From: Octopus bimaculoides
Taxonomy: Eukaryota
Assembly (NCBI RefSeq): GCF_001194135.2
Contig: NC_068994.1
Coordinates: forward strand, 44,174,879-44,238,878
Reading direction: 5' to 3'
Length of the DNA: 64,000 bases
In this document: piece by piece, positions 1-13,089 of the stretch
Layout: every line of letters starts with the position of its first letter
Numbering within the stretch: the first letter of the stretch is position 1
Made by a program: the position numbers and the translations under genes
Notes under the pieces: generated by a model
The model's database searches: none
What the model was told of the DNA's origin: nothing
Seen by the model: the letters and a program-made list of their open reading frames with translations, nothing else

Positions 1-268
1 TATACACACACATACATGTGTGCGTGTGTGCATGTATATGTGCAACCCAGACCAGCATGGAAGATAGACATTAAATGATGATGATGATGATGATATATAT
101 ATATACACACACATACATATATATGTATATATGTGCATATGTATATATGTATGTGTATATATCTATCTATCTATCTATATATATATATATATGTATATAT
201 TTGTATGTATATATATATGCGTGTGTATGCTTATGCATATGTGTATGTATATGTGTGTGTCTTTGTGA

Positions 269-303
<35 letters not shown>

Positions 304-535
304 TATACACAAGGACACACATATACACACATATATATATACATAAATATATGTGTGCATGTGTGTGTATGGATATATATATATTATATATGTATTTATA
401 TATGTATACATATTTGTGTCTATATATATGTATATATGTATAGAGATATATGTGTATATATTTGTATACATATATATTTATATATATATATATACACACA
501 CACACATATGTATACACACATATATACACACATAT
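1..535. repeat. Compound (TA)n/(CA)n/(TG)n microsatellite field
   Basis: Alternating dinucleotide tracts; source of the Y/I/C/V/H/T-rich pseudo-ORFs. Similar fields occur throughout, e.g. 2620-2990, 3480-4170, 14850-15365, 31300-32810, 62550-62790. Confidence 0.95.
43..93 (+). mobile_element. RTE-LINE 3' terminus remnant with (GAT)n tail
   Basis: caaccc..ccagcatggaa...acattaaatgatgatgat matches the 3' end of the RTE copy at 22856-23452. Confidence 0.7.
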
Positions 536-711
536 ATATATGGGAGAATATACGAAAAAACAACAACAGACGAGGACAGGTGGTGTAAATAACAAAAGGA
601 TGTATTAGTATGATGCTCAGGAATATAGAAAGTCTTTGACGTTTCGAGCTACGCTCTTCAACAGAAAGAATACGGAGACAAGGAGAAAAACACGGAGAAA
701 AAATTGAATAG
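536..711 (-). mobile_element. Short dispersed element in (TA)n carrying a Penelope-type hammerhead motif
   Basis: 536-620 recurs inverted at 60862-60950; contains the minimal hammerhead motif at 633-669. Confidence 0.55.
633..669 (-). ncRNA. Minimal type I hammerhead ribozyme motif, core variant (A6U)
   Basis: Minus strand reads UCUUU-CUGUUGA-A-GAGC(GUA)GCUC-GAAA-CG-UC^AAAGA: 5-bp stem I, 4-bp stem II, self-complementary ACGU stem III. Confidence 0.6.
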
Positions 712-1377
712 TATATATACATATATATATACATATATATATATACATACTTGTTTATCTCTCTATATATAAATATATGTATAAATAACTATATGCATGT
801 ATAATGTATATTTTTATATGTATAGACAGACAGACAGGCAGCCAAGCAGGCAGGCAGATAGGCAGACAGAGAGATAGACTAGAGAAGGAGAAGCAGAGAA
901 GGTGTATGTTTATATGTATGTGAGTATGTGTATGTATGTATGTACAAAGTATCCACGTACATGTTATTAATAATTTGCCTTCTCCCATCAAAGAATTAAC
1001 ATTTCACTTTAAAACTTGGAAGGAGTTTGCTCTGCTGAAAAAAGAGAATTCTTAGTGTGACAATATAATTATGATGCCGACCAACTTTCTGAAACAACAT
1101 AACTTTGGCAAACATTAAGAATGGAACTCCAATTTCTCATGGCTGATTTTGAAATTAGTTGGGTATTGTAAACTGAGATGTGAGTATAATAGGTATTGTA
1201 GCTTGCCAATCTGTAATGCACTCACACACACAAACATGCATGTGTATGCGTGTGTGTGTGAGAGAGATTGCATGTGTGTGTGTGTGTGTGTGAATGTATT
1301 ACACATTACTAAGTGAATGTATATGATTTTTGTACAAACACACTCACATACACACATACATTTTATATATATATATA

Positions 1378-1541
1378 GGTGCAGGAGTGGTTGTGTGGTA
1401 AGTAGCTTGCTTGCCAATCACATGGTTCCAGGTTCAGTCCCACTGTGTGGCACCTTGGGCAAGTGTCTTCTACTATACCCTCGGGCCAACCAAAGCCTTG
1501 TGAGTGGATTTGGTAGATGGAAACTGAAAGAAACCTGTTGT
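1378..1541 (+). mobile_element. SINE family B, 5' half (tRNA-like head), running into an N-gap
   Basis: ggtgcaggagtggttgtgtggtaag...ggttcagtcccactg...ggaaactgaaaga matches the full copy at 16096-16516. Confidence 0.85.
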
Positions 1542-2492
1542 GTGTATGTATATATATATATCTATTTATATATATATANNNNNNNNNNNNNNNNNNNNNN
1601 NNNNNNNNNNNNNNNNNNNNNNNNNNNNNNNNNNNNNNNNNNNNNNNNNNNNNNNNNNNNNNNNNNNNNNNNNNNNNNNNNNNNNNNNNNNNNNNNNNNN
1701 NNNNNNNNNNNNNNNNNNNNNNNNNNNNNNNNNNNNNNNNNNNNNNNNNNNNNNNNNNNNNNNNNNNNNNNNNNNNNNNNNNNNNNNNNNNNNNNNNNNN
1801 NNNNNNNNNNNNNNNNNNNNNNNNNNNNNNNNNNNNNNNNNNNNNNNNNNNNNNNNNNNNNNNNNNNNNNNNNNNNNNNNNNNNNNNNNNNNNNNNNNNN
1901 NNNNNNNNNNNNNNNNNNNNNNNNNNNNNNNNNNNNNNNNNNNNNNNNNNNNNNNNNNNNNNNNNNNNNNNNNNNNNNNNNNNNNNNNNNNNNNNNNNNN
2001 NNNNNNNNNNNNNNNNNNNNNNNNNNNNNNNNNNNNNNNNNNNNNNNNNNNNNNNNNNNNNNNNNNNNNNNNNNNNNNNNNNNNNNNNNNNNNNNNNNNN
2101 NNNNNNNNNNNNNNNNNNNNNNNNNNNNNNNNNNNNNNNNNNNNNNNNNNNNNNNNNNNNNNNNNNNNNNNNNNNNNNNNNNNNNNNNNNNNNNNNNNNN
2201 NNNNNNNNNNNNNNNNNNNNNNNNNNNNNNNNNNNNNNNNNNNNNNNNNNNNNNNNNNNNNNNNNNNNNNNNNNNNNNNNNNNNNNNNNNNNNNNNNNNA
2301 TATATATAGATACACACACACACACACACACACATATGTAAATATATTCATACTTACATATACACACACATTCGTGTGTGTGTGTGTGTGATTTTTCTAC
2401 AGCTAGAATTGTTTACAGATGCCCATTGGGTGCATTACATCTGCAATTCCAAAGACACAGCATTGTCACACACTGCCACAAAGAATCTGTTT

Positions 2493-2590
2493 GAGAATTA
2501 CGTTGAGGGTACACATGTCTGCAGAATGCTCAGCTACTTTCACTTTAATTCAGGAGCAGATAATTCACCTGATCAAACAACTGAATCCTC
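2493..2590 (+). mobile_element. Decayed SINE A/C 3' tail
   Basis: gagaattacgttgagggtacacatgtctg...gctcagc is homologous to 56650-56750. Confidence 0.6.
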
Positions 2591-2774
2591 ACAGTTGAAC
2601 AATGGAGATCCACCATATTTAAAGCATATATACATACATATATATACACACATGTAGGCGTGTGAGTATGTGTGCATGTGCATATATTTGTGTGTGTGTG
2701 TGTATATGGCTATATATATATATACATATATACATATATACACACACACTTATATACATGTGTGTGTGTGTGTG

Positions 2775-2824
<50 letters not shown>

Positions 2825-3948
2825 AACGCACACACACACATATACACACACACACACACACAAACATACACATACATGCATACATACACATATATAATAG
2901 ATAGATATTTATTTATGTATGTATGAATGTATATGCATGCAAACACGCAAGACATGGACACTCACATGTACACACATAAACATACATGAACGTGGGTACA
3001 TGTGCCTATTCTTTTGATACGAAACCAAAATGACACGTTTGGACACCCAAGCTAATGCAGAGATGGTAAAGGTAAAAAAAAAGGAAAATATGCTATTAAA
3101 GGTAAAAAAAAAAAAAAAAAAAAAAAAGAGGGAAAACTGCCATTAAAAAGAAAACTAGAAGAATCTAAAAGACACTCAGAATGCATGATATGCTGTTGGT
3201 CCTAAAGGCGATAAAATATATCTGATATACTGAGATATTTTTGTGAAGTGAAAATATAGAAATGGAACACTTTCAGGCTATAGAAAATTTCTTCTACCAT
3301 CTTGAAAGCTTCCAAAATTATACATGGAAATGAGATCTAAAAGAAGTCTTCGCAAACATTGGTTGGTATGACAACTGTGTGTGTGTGTGCGTGCATGCCT
3401 GTGTGTGTGTGGGTATTGAAAATGAAGATATTTCACTCCTTTCCAACTATATCGGTGAATGATTGCTCATTGTGCAGGTGTATATAAATATACATATATA
3501 TATATATGTATACGTGTGTATGTGGCTATGTATATATATGTAAGTAGATAGACAGGCAGACAGACAGACAGACAGATAGATAGATAAATAGATAGATATG
3601 TGTGTATATGTATGTATGAGTGTATATATGTTGTGTGAGTGTGTGCATACTTATATATGTATATGTATGTATATATATTTGTGTGTGTGTGAATATATAT
3701 ATATGCATACATACATATGAATATATGTATATGTATCATCATCATTGTTTAACATCCGCCTTCCATGCTAACATAGGTGTATATATATATATATATGTAT
3801 ATGAATATTTATACATATATATACCCATTTATATACACCACATATATACTAGCATCATATATATATATATGTGTATATATATATATATATGTATATGAAT
3901 ATTTATACATATATATACCCATTTATATACACCACATATATGTGTGTA

Positions 3949-3988
<40 letters not shown>

Positions 3989-4798
3989 TATATATATGAT
4001 GCTAGTATGTATGTATGAATGTATGTATGTACATATGTATCTATGTATGTATGCATACATGTATATACATATATATATATGTATGTATGTATATATATGT
4101 ATGTATGTATGTATATATATGTATGTATGCATGTATATATATGTATGTATGCATGTATGTATGTATGTTTAATTATCGGCAAAAACATCTTAACTGAAAA
4201 CTTGTTAGTTAGGACTAAAGCTGTGCACCTCTGGAGAATCAAACATTACTGTTTTGGATAGCTTAAAAAACAAAAACAAAAAAAAAAGCAAGGAAAACAG
4301 AACTTTGTTTTTAGTGCAAAGAGAGATTCGCTAAAGTATTATTTCTATAGAATTCCATATCCAGAAGAAACAGTTGACAAAAACACTTCAATGATGATAT
4401 GTGCTAAAAGTTTTCTTCAATTATATTGGGAAATAAGAGTGAGGAAGCATTCTCTCGGTACAAATTTTATTATGCTGATGAAAAACAAAAAAAACTTAAA
4501 GCAAGTTTTAGGGTTTCAGTTTTTTCTTCTATTACATATGCTTTCTAATTTTTGTTTCAGCTGTGTAATAAGTTTGATCTGGTTGACAGATTGTGATATG
4601 TTTGTTTGTTTTTACATCTGTTTTCTGATGCCAGCATGAGTTATATCAATAGTTCTCAACTGGGGTTCATATGTCCTCTGAGGAACCATATAAGAGTTTG
4701 TGGGGGGCCACGCAAGCAAAATAGTTAATAGGGGATCCACAATAGTATTTTAAGGGCCCCTGAAAAAATTCTGCTTTAGATGCTTGTATTGGTATATT

Positions 4799-5118
4799 GT
4801 GGAGGCGCAATGGCCCAGTGGTTAGGGCAGTGGACTCGTGGTCATAGGATCGTGGTTTCAATTCCCAGACCGGGCGTTGTGAGTGTTTATTGAGCGAAAA
4901 CACCTAAAGCTCCACGAGGCTCCGGCAGGGGATGGTGGCGAACCCTGCTGCACTCTTTCACCACAAAATTTCTCTCACTCTTATTTCCTGTTTCTGTTGT
5001 GCCTGTAATTCAAAGGGTCAGAATATCCCGGAGAACTACGTTAAGGGTACATGTGTGTGTGGAGTGCTCAGCCACTTGCACATTAATTTCACGAGCAGGC
5101 TATTTCATTGATCAGATC
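4799..5118 (+). mobile_element. tRNA-derived SINE family A (tRNA-Arg-like head; probably an octopus OR-type SINE)
   Basis: A-box tggcccagtgg and B-box-like ggtttcaattccc; body matches 56165-56790; small internal deletion near 5020. Confidence 0.85.
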
Positions 5119-5845
5119 TGCGGTATTGAACAGATTATTTGCTATAACAATATTTCTGCTTCAGCAAATTGGTGCTGAATCTGTCTGAAATGTAATGGAA
5201 AATAGGTCAGTTTCAAATCATTCATGTCCAGGTCACAAAAGCAAGGTTTGACAGGAATAGTAGTGATTTCCTTTGATTTCTAGATAGAAGCAAATAGGAA
5301 ATAACTCTTACTAACCAAAGAAAAAAAAATTGTTACACAGAATAATTAGTGCTAGCATTGAAATGCCCTTTTTACAAAGATTTCTTTCAGAGAATTTTCG
5401 GCAAAGAGTAGAATAGTCATCAAAAGTACTTTGTCCATCTTTTTCTCAGCATAATTGAAATTAAATTATCAAAATGCATGAAAAAAACAAAGATCTTGTG
5501 TGGGGCTGCTGTTTCTAGCTGGTCAAACAACCACATAAAGGCTCCCTTGTTAGCCTGTGCTGCTGTTGTTGTGTTTTAGCAGCAGAGGTAGCGGTAATGT
5601 AACAACTATATAAATGTTTGATTACATTTACATTGTTGAATTGTGACAACAGCAACAACAACAACAACAGCTACAACAGCACCAATCAAAAGTAGAAAAG
5701 GATGAAACTTGAAGAACAAAATATTCCTTTTCTTGACAAATTTGGTAATTAACCTAACATTCTTAATAATCACTGTGAATTAAAATTAATTATAACTATG
5801 ACTGTAATAATAATAATGATATTAATAAAAATGATGATGATAATG

Positions 5846-5885
<40 letters not shown>

Positions 5886-6494
5886 CAATAATAACAATAA
5901 TAGCATCATAGTACTGTGCAATTATTTTCAAGCATGACTATTCCATTTTCACTTCTATTTAAACAAATAGGCTTTTTTTTCCTTCATTTTTCTAGGAAAC
6001 TCCCCGTCTCAGTTTCCGCTCAATCTAGTGTCGAGCTAAATAAAGACAGAAATAACAAACTATTGGAATGAACATTCTACCTGCTCAAGATCATGTTTCT
6101 CTTTTTAGTTCATCAATGGGGTGCTTGGAAAGTATTTTTATCGAATGTGGCCAATTGTTTTGATACAGAACAAGCAAGAGATGAGTAAAATCAATATGAG
6201 AGAAAAAGAAAGCATTGATTTATGAATGGCTTGGAGTATTTAAGAACATGAATAGTTAATTAAATGATGTTCCTTTTTCTGGAAACTCAATGTTGTTTAC
6301 AGTCACATCTACGATATCATGCTGAAAGCACCAGATATATATTTATTTGTCGGCTTCCTGAAATTTTGTAATAGATACACTTTTGATTAAGATATAGAAA
6401 CAAAAATGTAAGAATTTAAAATGGCAACAATTTGCATAATAAAATATCCTTAACATGAGTACCTACTTTCACTTTCACTTTTTAACTATTTTGT

Positions 6495-6690
6495 TTCACT
6501 CATTAGACCATGGCCATGCTGAAGCACTACTTTTAAGGATTTAGTGAAAAAAAATCATTCCCGTTACTTATTTTAAATATGGTACTTATTTATTCTATTG
6601 TCAATGCAGTAAGCTATGGGGCCATAAACAAACAAACACCAGTTGTCAAGCAGCGGTGGGGAACAAAACACTAACGCAAAGACACACACA
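6495..6690 (-). mobile_element. SINE B, degraded 3' half
   Basis: ggccatgctg..cact...ggtacttatt...aacacc.gttgtcaagc. Confidence 0.65.
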
Positions 6691-6769
6691 TATACATATC
6701 TGTATATAAGTCATATATATATATATGTATGTATATGAGATACACACACACAAATACACACACATCACC

Positions 6770-6915
6770 ATCATCATCATTGTTTAATGTCCGTCTTCCA
6801 TGCTGGCATGGGTTGGACAGTTTGACAGGAGTTGGCCAAGCATAAGACTGCACCTGACTTCTGTGTCTGTTTTGGCATAGTTTTATGGATGGCTGCCTTT
6901 CCTAACACTAACCAC
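6770..6915 (-). mobile_element. RTE-LINE 3' UTR remnant
   Basis: (cat)n tgtttaatgtccgtcttccatgctggcatgggttggacag...tggatggctgcctttcctaacac. Confidence 0.75.
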
Positions 6916-7109
6916 CTTGCAGATATATATATTACATACATATATTATCTAAAACAGTTTATTTCGATTCCATGCGACTTCAAGTTTCACAGGCCCCTAA
7001 CAGGAATCCATCTCTGTCAGGCTTTCGATTGCAGAATTGAGAGGTAAGTGAAATCCAAGATAGTTATTGGATGCATACATTCATACAATGTGTGTGTGTG
7101 TGTGTGTGT

Positions 7110-7158
<49 letters not shown>

Positions 7159-7269
7159 ACACAAATAAGTAAAAATATTTTATCGGCATTTGTTTTTTGA
7201 AGTGAGTTACTATATTAACGAGGGTAGAGATTGAAATTACTGAATCAGTTGGATACTAAATATATTTCA

Positions 7270-7471
7270 TCTTTCATCTTTTACTTGTTTCAGTCATTTG
7301 GCTGTGGCCATGCTGGGGCACCACCTTGAAGAACTTTTAGTCAAATGAATCAACCTCACTACTTAAACAAATGTAAGCAGGTCATAGACACATGTAAGGA
7401 GGATGTAAACACACTAACACTGGTTGTCAAGCAATGATGGGGGACAAACAAACACAAACACACACACACAG

Positions 7472-7544
<73 letters not shown>

Positions 7545-7672
7545 ACATATATGTATCTACTATAGCCCAGGACTATAGTAGAAAATACTTGCCCAAAATG
7601 CCACAAGTGGGGACGAACCCAAAAGTATGTAGTTGCAAAGCAAGGCTCTTAACCAAACAACCTGGTCTGTGA
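7270..7672 (-). mobile_element. SINE B copy with expanded internal (CA)/(TA) microsatellite
   Basis: Tail cttttacttgtttcagtcatt at 7279; head fragment gctatagtagaaaatacttgccc at 7570. Confidence 0.75.
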
Positions 7673-8271
7673 TTTAGACTCAAAGCCAGAAATTTTAAAG
7701 GGATGGTTTGGTTGATGCTATCAACCCTGCTACCTAACTGGTACCTTATTTTATCACCCGCCAAAAAAATGAAAGGTAAAGTAGATATCTAATCAACGCT
7801 GAAAGAATAAAAGTAATGTTGACTTCTTCAAGACTTGAAATCACAGTATAAAGCCATGGAAGAAATATTACAGGGAATATAATTCATGTTCTAACAATTC
7901 AACCACCTTGCCACCTTTGAAATGAGAGTAATGACTATAAAGATATGTAACAGACTGCATCTACTTATATTGTAAATGGATGTATTCTGAAGTGACCAAA
8001 GTGAATGCCTGAAGACATGAAAATGCCAATGAGAAACTTACTGCAAAATGAAATTCCCAGAAACCAGAGAAAAGTTGCCAAGAGTTAGCTAAGGTATGAT
8101 GTAATTATAAAAAGTACTTACCATATAATTAAGTAATAAAATGGTTCAATGCTCCATTACAATTAAATTATCAATTAATCTCCTCCTCTGACGCCAATCA
8201 ATGTTTTTTACAAACATTCTGTATAGTAATGCTATATTAGTGGAAGTGTAGCTTTTGTCTTTATTTGTTAC

Positions 8272-8602
8272 TAACTGGAACTCCGTCGGTTACGACGACA
8301 AAGAGTGTTCCAGTTGATCTGATCAACGGACGAGCCTGCTCATGAAATTAACGTGCATGTGGCTGAGCACTCCACAGACATGTGTACCCTTAATGTAGTT
8401 CTCAGAGTGATTCAGTGTGACACAGTGTTTGACAAGGCTGGCCCTTAGAAATACAGGTACTACTCATTTTTGCCAGCTGAGTGGACTGGGTAATATGAAA
8501 TAAAGTGTCTTGCACAAGAACACAATGCATCAGCAGGGATTGAACTCATGACCTTACAATCATGAATCAAATACCCTAACCACTAAACTATGTGCCTTCA
8601 CT
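8272..8602 (-). mobile_element. SINE family C, variant carrying the family-A tail
   Basis: tRNA-like head (ccctaaccactaa), core actcatttttgccagctgagtggactgg, and tail ctccgtcggttacgacg shared with family A. Confidence 0.8.
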
Positions 8603-9153
8603 TTATTTATCACCATGCTAGTAATCAATAACAATAACCATACTTCCACTAATGAAGCCTAACAAATTATAAATGTTTAAAAATGTCTCGCTTATTTACT
8701 CAACCAAAATATGTTAGTTAACCCCTAATATTTTTCTCAATCACTGTATTCAACCTTATTGCAGCTACTTCTGATACTGAAAACCTTGGAAATAATTAAA
8801 CCCATCTTTTTATTAAGAGATAATGGGTTGTTATGGAGAATAAGTGAATCCCAGATTTCCATTGTCAAGATTTAATTATTTCTCAAAGAATCATCATATA
8901 ATCCTTAAAATGGATCTCAGTTTATTTATAGCAATAAAAAAGTATTGAGAAATAAATTCTAATACCTTCAATGATTCTTAATATTTAACTGCTATTCATT
9001 TTCTATATTTTTTTTATGATCTCTTTGTTCTGAACAGGAAGAACTATTGTGCAATGAATTACATAGATGATCTAGTGTTGATTAAAATTTAATCATTCTT
9101 TAAAGAAAATATCTGTTGTAAAAGGAATCCATATTTGTTTAGAAAAAGTGATT

Positions 9154-9189
<36 letters not shown>

Positions 9190-10223
9190 ATTTATTATAG
9201 ATCACAGATAATGATTAATGTTGAGGAGAACTTAATCATGTTTCATTTAAAAAAATCTAATTATGATAAAAGTAAATCCTTTTTGTTTTGTAAGTTGAAA
9301 AATAAAAAAAAAATATTGCAAAATGGATCAAAAGTGATTACTGAGCATTCTCGAGTGTTTGATTATCTTTGTATAGTTTAGTTAATTAAAGACCATCGAT
9401 CTTTTTTTTTTAATTCTAAAGTCACCAATTTGTTAGGAGAGATATAGTCCATTAAATTCAACTCCTGTCCATCCTGAATATATATTTCAGAAGCCCTTGA
9501 AGGATAAAAGGAAAGAGGAAAGTTTGATTCCAATGATGGGATTAGGTATAAAACAGTTCTTTCAATCCCAAACTAGTTCTTCAAGTATATTTTATCCTGT
9601 GCTATATAGATATCTATCTCATCTCTCCACCCACCCACTCACCACCCTTTTTCTTTTTTTTGATGTCATAAACCTTTGTAACATCAATACTTATATCTAC
9701 TCTTTATTCACTTACTCCTCCCACTTTCTCATCACTGGTACAGAAACCAGATCATTTGCCATTCTGCAATCTCTGCACCAATTATTATACCTCACCTACC
9801 TACATCCCTGCTGATCAATGCCTTTTTTTACATCTTTCTCATATCCAAACCTAGTCTTTATCCCTCTATCACCATATCTGCATCCATCAAATTATCTGAC
9901 CACAACCTGATGAAAAAAGAAAAATACAGATGTATATTTTTTTTGTTGTACAGCAACTAATAGTGTCACAATTTCCCCAGTTCTATGCTGACTATAACTG
10001 GCAGATCAATTCATGACAGCTAAGTAGACAACATATATACATATATGTGGATGTGGATGTGTGTGTGTGTATGTGTGTTGTGAAGACACCTTGCTTAGAG
10101 TTTAGTGGTGTGTATGTATTATATATTATATAATATAGGATAAAATCTTTATAAGAATGTATCAAGTAGTCAGCGTGAAAAAACCTCATAATGAAAAAAA
10201 ACTCATCATTTTTTTCCATAAAT

Positions 10224-10354
10224 ATATATAATTTATATAAGAGCATTAACTATATAGTAATGCCTCACGCTTAGAGGGACTAAATAAGTCTTATTTAGTC
10301 CCTCTAAGCATGAGGCATTACTATATAGTTAATGCCCTTATATAAATTATATAT
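10224..10354. repeat. 131-bp near-perfect palindrome (65-bp arms, 1-nt centre)
   Basis: Arms 10224-10288 and 10290-10354 are reverse complements with 2 mismatches. Confidence 0.95.
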
Positions 10355-10888
10355 TATATATATATATATATATATNNNNNNNNNNNNNNNNNNNNNNNNN
10401 NNNNNNNNNNNNNNNNNNNNNNNNNNNNNNNNNNNNNNNNNNNNNNNNNNNNNNNNNNNNNNNNNNNNNNNNNNNNNNNNNNNNNNNNNNNNNNNNNNNN
10501 NNNNNNNNNNNNNNNNNNNNNNNNNNNNNNNNNNNNNNNNNNNNNNNNNNNNNNNNNNNNNNNNNNNNNNNNNNNNNNNNNNNNNNNNNNNNNNNNNNNN
10601 NNNNNNNNNNNNNNNNNNNNNNNNNNNNNNNNNNNNNNNNNNNNNNNNNNNNNNNNNNNNNNNNNNNNNNNNNNNNNNNNNNNNNNNNNNNNNNNNNNNN
10701 NNNNNNNNNNNNNNNNNNNNNNNNNNNNNNNNNNNNNNNNNNNNNNNNNNNNNNNNNNNNNNNNNNNNNNNNNNNNNNNNNNNNNNNNNNNNNNNNNNNN
10801 NNNNNNNNNNNNNNNNNNNNNNNNNNNNNNNNNNNNNNNNNNNNNNNNNNNNNNNNNNNNNNNNNNNNNNNNNNNNNNNNNNNNNNNN

Positions 10889-10971
10889 GTCTCTTTTGCC
10901 GAACCGCTAAGTGACGGGGACATAAACACACCAGCATCGTTTGTCAAGCAATGCTAGGGGGACAAACACAA

Positions 10972-11004
<33 letters not shown>

Positions 11005-11169
11005 CATATATACGACGGGCTTCTTTCAGTTTTCGTCTACCAAATCCACTCGCAAGGCTTTGGTCGACCCGAGGCTATAGTAGACGACATTTGCCCAAGA
11101 TCCCACGCAGTGGGACTGAACCCGGAACCATGTGGTTGGTAAGCAAGCTACTTACCACACAGCCACTCC
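10889..11169 (-). mobile_element. SINE B, young copy truncated by an N-gap
   Basis: gtctcttttgccgaaccgctaag...cttaccacacagccactcc. Confidence 0.9.
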
Positions 11170-11260
11170 ATGTATGCATGTATATGCATATTATACTATA
11201 TATATGTGTGTATTATGTGTTTTAGAAATCTCTCTCTTTCTCTCTCTCTTGCACTCTCAC

Positions 11261-11302
<42 letters not shown>

Positions 11303-13089
11303 CTTAGGTANNNNNNNNNNGTCAACACTTCATACACAATTAAAGCCTGCAGTTCATAAATAGATTCAAATCCTTAAGTGGTTCACCCAAAACTTCAGTG
11401 CAGCAGTACAGGTGGCTTCAGAAACCTGAGAGACATCTAGTTGTCAGGAATAGGAACCACAATGGCTTAGTATATTACCTGTGATATACCATGATAAAGG
11501 AAATTCGCCCATCAACTACCTGACATCAAGAAACCAATGCTAAATATAAGAACAAAATGGATGAAATGCTGACTATTCTCTATAATATGGTGTTGAATGC
11601 CGATGTGATTGCAGGCTGATTATGTCAGGTATGTCAGTTTAATTGCTGCATCAAGTTCCAGAGACATCTTAATAGGAAGCAATCTATCAAGAATCAGAAT
11701 ATCTTCAAGTTAAAGAACAATCAAACTTAATGTTGAAGACTTACTGACAAGTCAGTCCAATGAGTAGGCAGCTTGGATAATTCATTGTTATATGCTATCT
11801 ATATCAATTCAACGGAACAATTAAGACCAGTCACCTGCAAGATACAATACTTGATGACAATGAAGACAAAGAAATTCACAAGATATTAACTGGAAAGCAC
11901 TGGCTGTTTGACTATACCAAATGAAAAAAAAAAAAATATAGCAAGAAAGAAAAAAATATTCAGCTACAGTAAAGTCTTGAATTAAAAATAAATTAATGTC
12001 TTCTGCTACAGAACTGTAAATGTTAGTCCTGATCAAGCTATAAACATTCTTATTATGCTTGGTCTTTCACTGTGGAAAAAAAATGTATTAGTTTTTATTA
12101 AAATTGTTTCTGCCAGTTCCACTAACTTCATTATACTTAAGAGATACTGAGATAAATAATTCATTTATTCCATGGTTTTCTTTCCTAAGAAGCATTTTAA
12201 AAAAAAGAAAAAACTGTTTTGTTTTTTCATTACCATTTGTTTTGCTTTTTTTTTATTTATTTATTTCTCATCTCAAGATTCCTCAAATAACAAAGATTTC
12301 TTCTGCGTTAAAATGCTGCAAGTGACAGTGAAGCAAAAGCGGGAAAGTAACACACTGCTTTAGTCTGTCGTTGGTTTAAATGATAACCTAGCTATTGCTA
12401 TCTGATCAATGTTGACTACATCGACAGTTCAGCAGGAATAAAATATTCAGGAGGCAGATATTTAAGGAAGTTGTAAATACATAGTGAAGCAGCTTATCTG
12501 TGCTTAAACTGAATGATTAGGCAGCAGAAAGAATTGAACTAGCTTGCAGTAAAAATTACTCTACCAATGACTTGCAGGCAGATAAAAATTTATAGACAGC
12601 ATAATAACCAAATTTTCTTTTTCTGTCTTACATTTTTTTTTTTTTAATCTAGAAAACTGCATTGGAAAGTTCTGGCAAAGAAACTATATAGATGCCCCAG
12701 GGAGTCTCTGACAAAAATTAATTTTGATCTCCTCTTTAAAAAAAAAAAAAATCTCATAAATTTTTATAATACTCACTTTGTTAAATTGCTCATTAAGTTA
12801 GAATTAATTTAGGCTGCAATTTTACATTGTCAGAAACATATATTTTAAATTTATTTTGTGATTGATTTTATTTTTATGTCATTGTTTTTTTTTTGTTTTT
12901 TTTTCATATTCTTAACATTTTCTAATATACATCCCATTATCTATTTACTGTGGAGTTATTGTGTTGGTGTTTATTGCCAGTTTCCTAAAATGATGCAGTA
13001 ACTACTATACTAATGTTCCATTGGTTCACAACTGAAACCTTTGTTTTGTTTTTTTTTGTTTTGTTTTTTGTTTATCTTTTATCGTTTAC

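Noticed and set aside
2376-2657. 93-aa ORF with a protein-like middle
   Set aside because: The middle is a decayed SINE tail (2493-2590), flanked by microsatellite.
4650-4790. hAT-like terminus (agttctcaactgggg)
   Set aside because: No matching second TIR was found.
9497-9915. Possible decayed Penelope 3' end (ORF KRKEESLIPMMG..., ends cctgatgaa)
   Set aside because: The resemblance is too weak and the ribozyme half is missing.
5995-12700. Strong-looking + strand acceptors at about 5995, 9037, 12277 and 12652, and a donor at 8093
   Set aside because: No paired splice site with an open frame; could be UTR or terminal exons but this cannot be supported.
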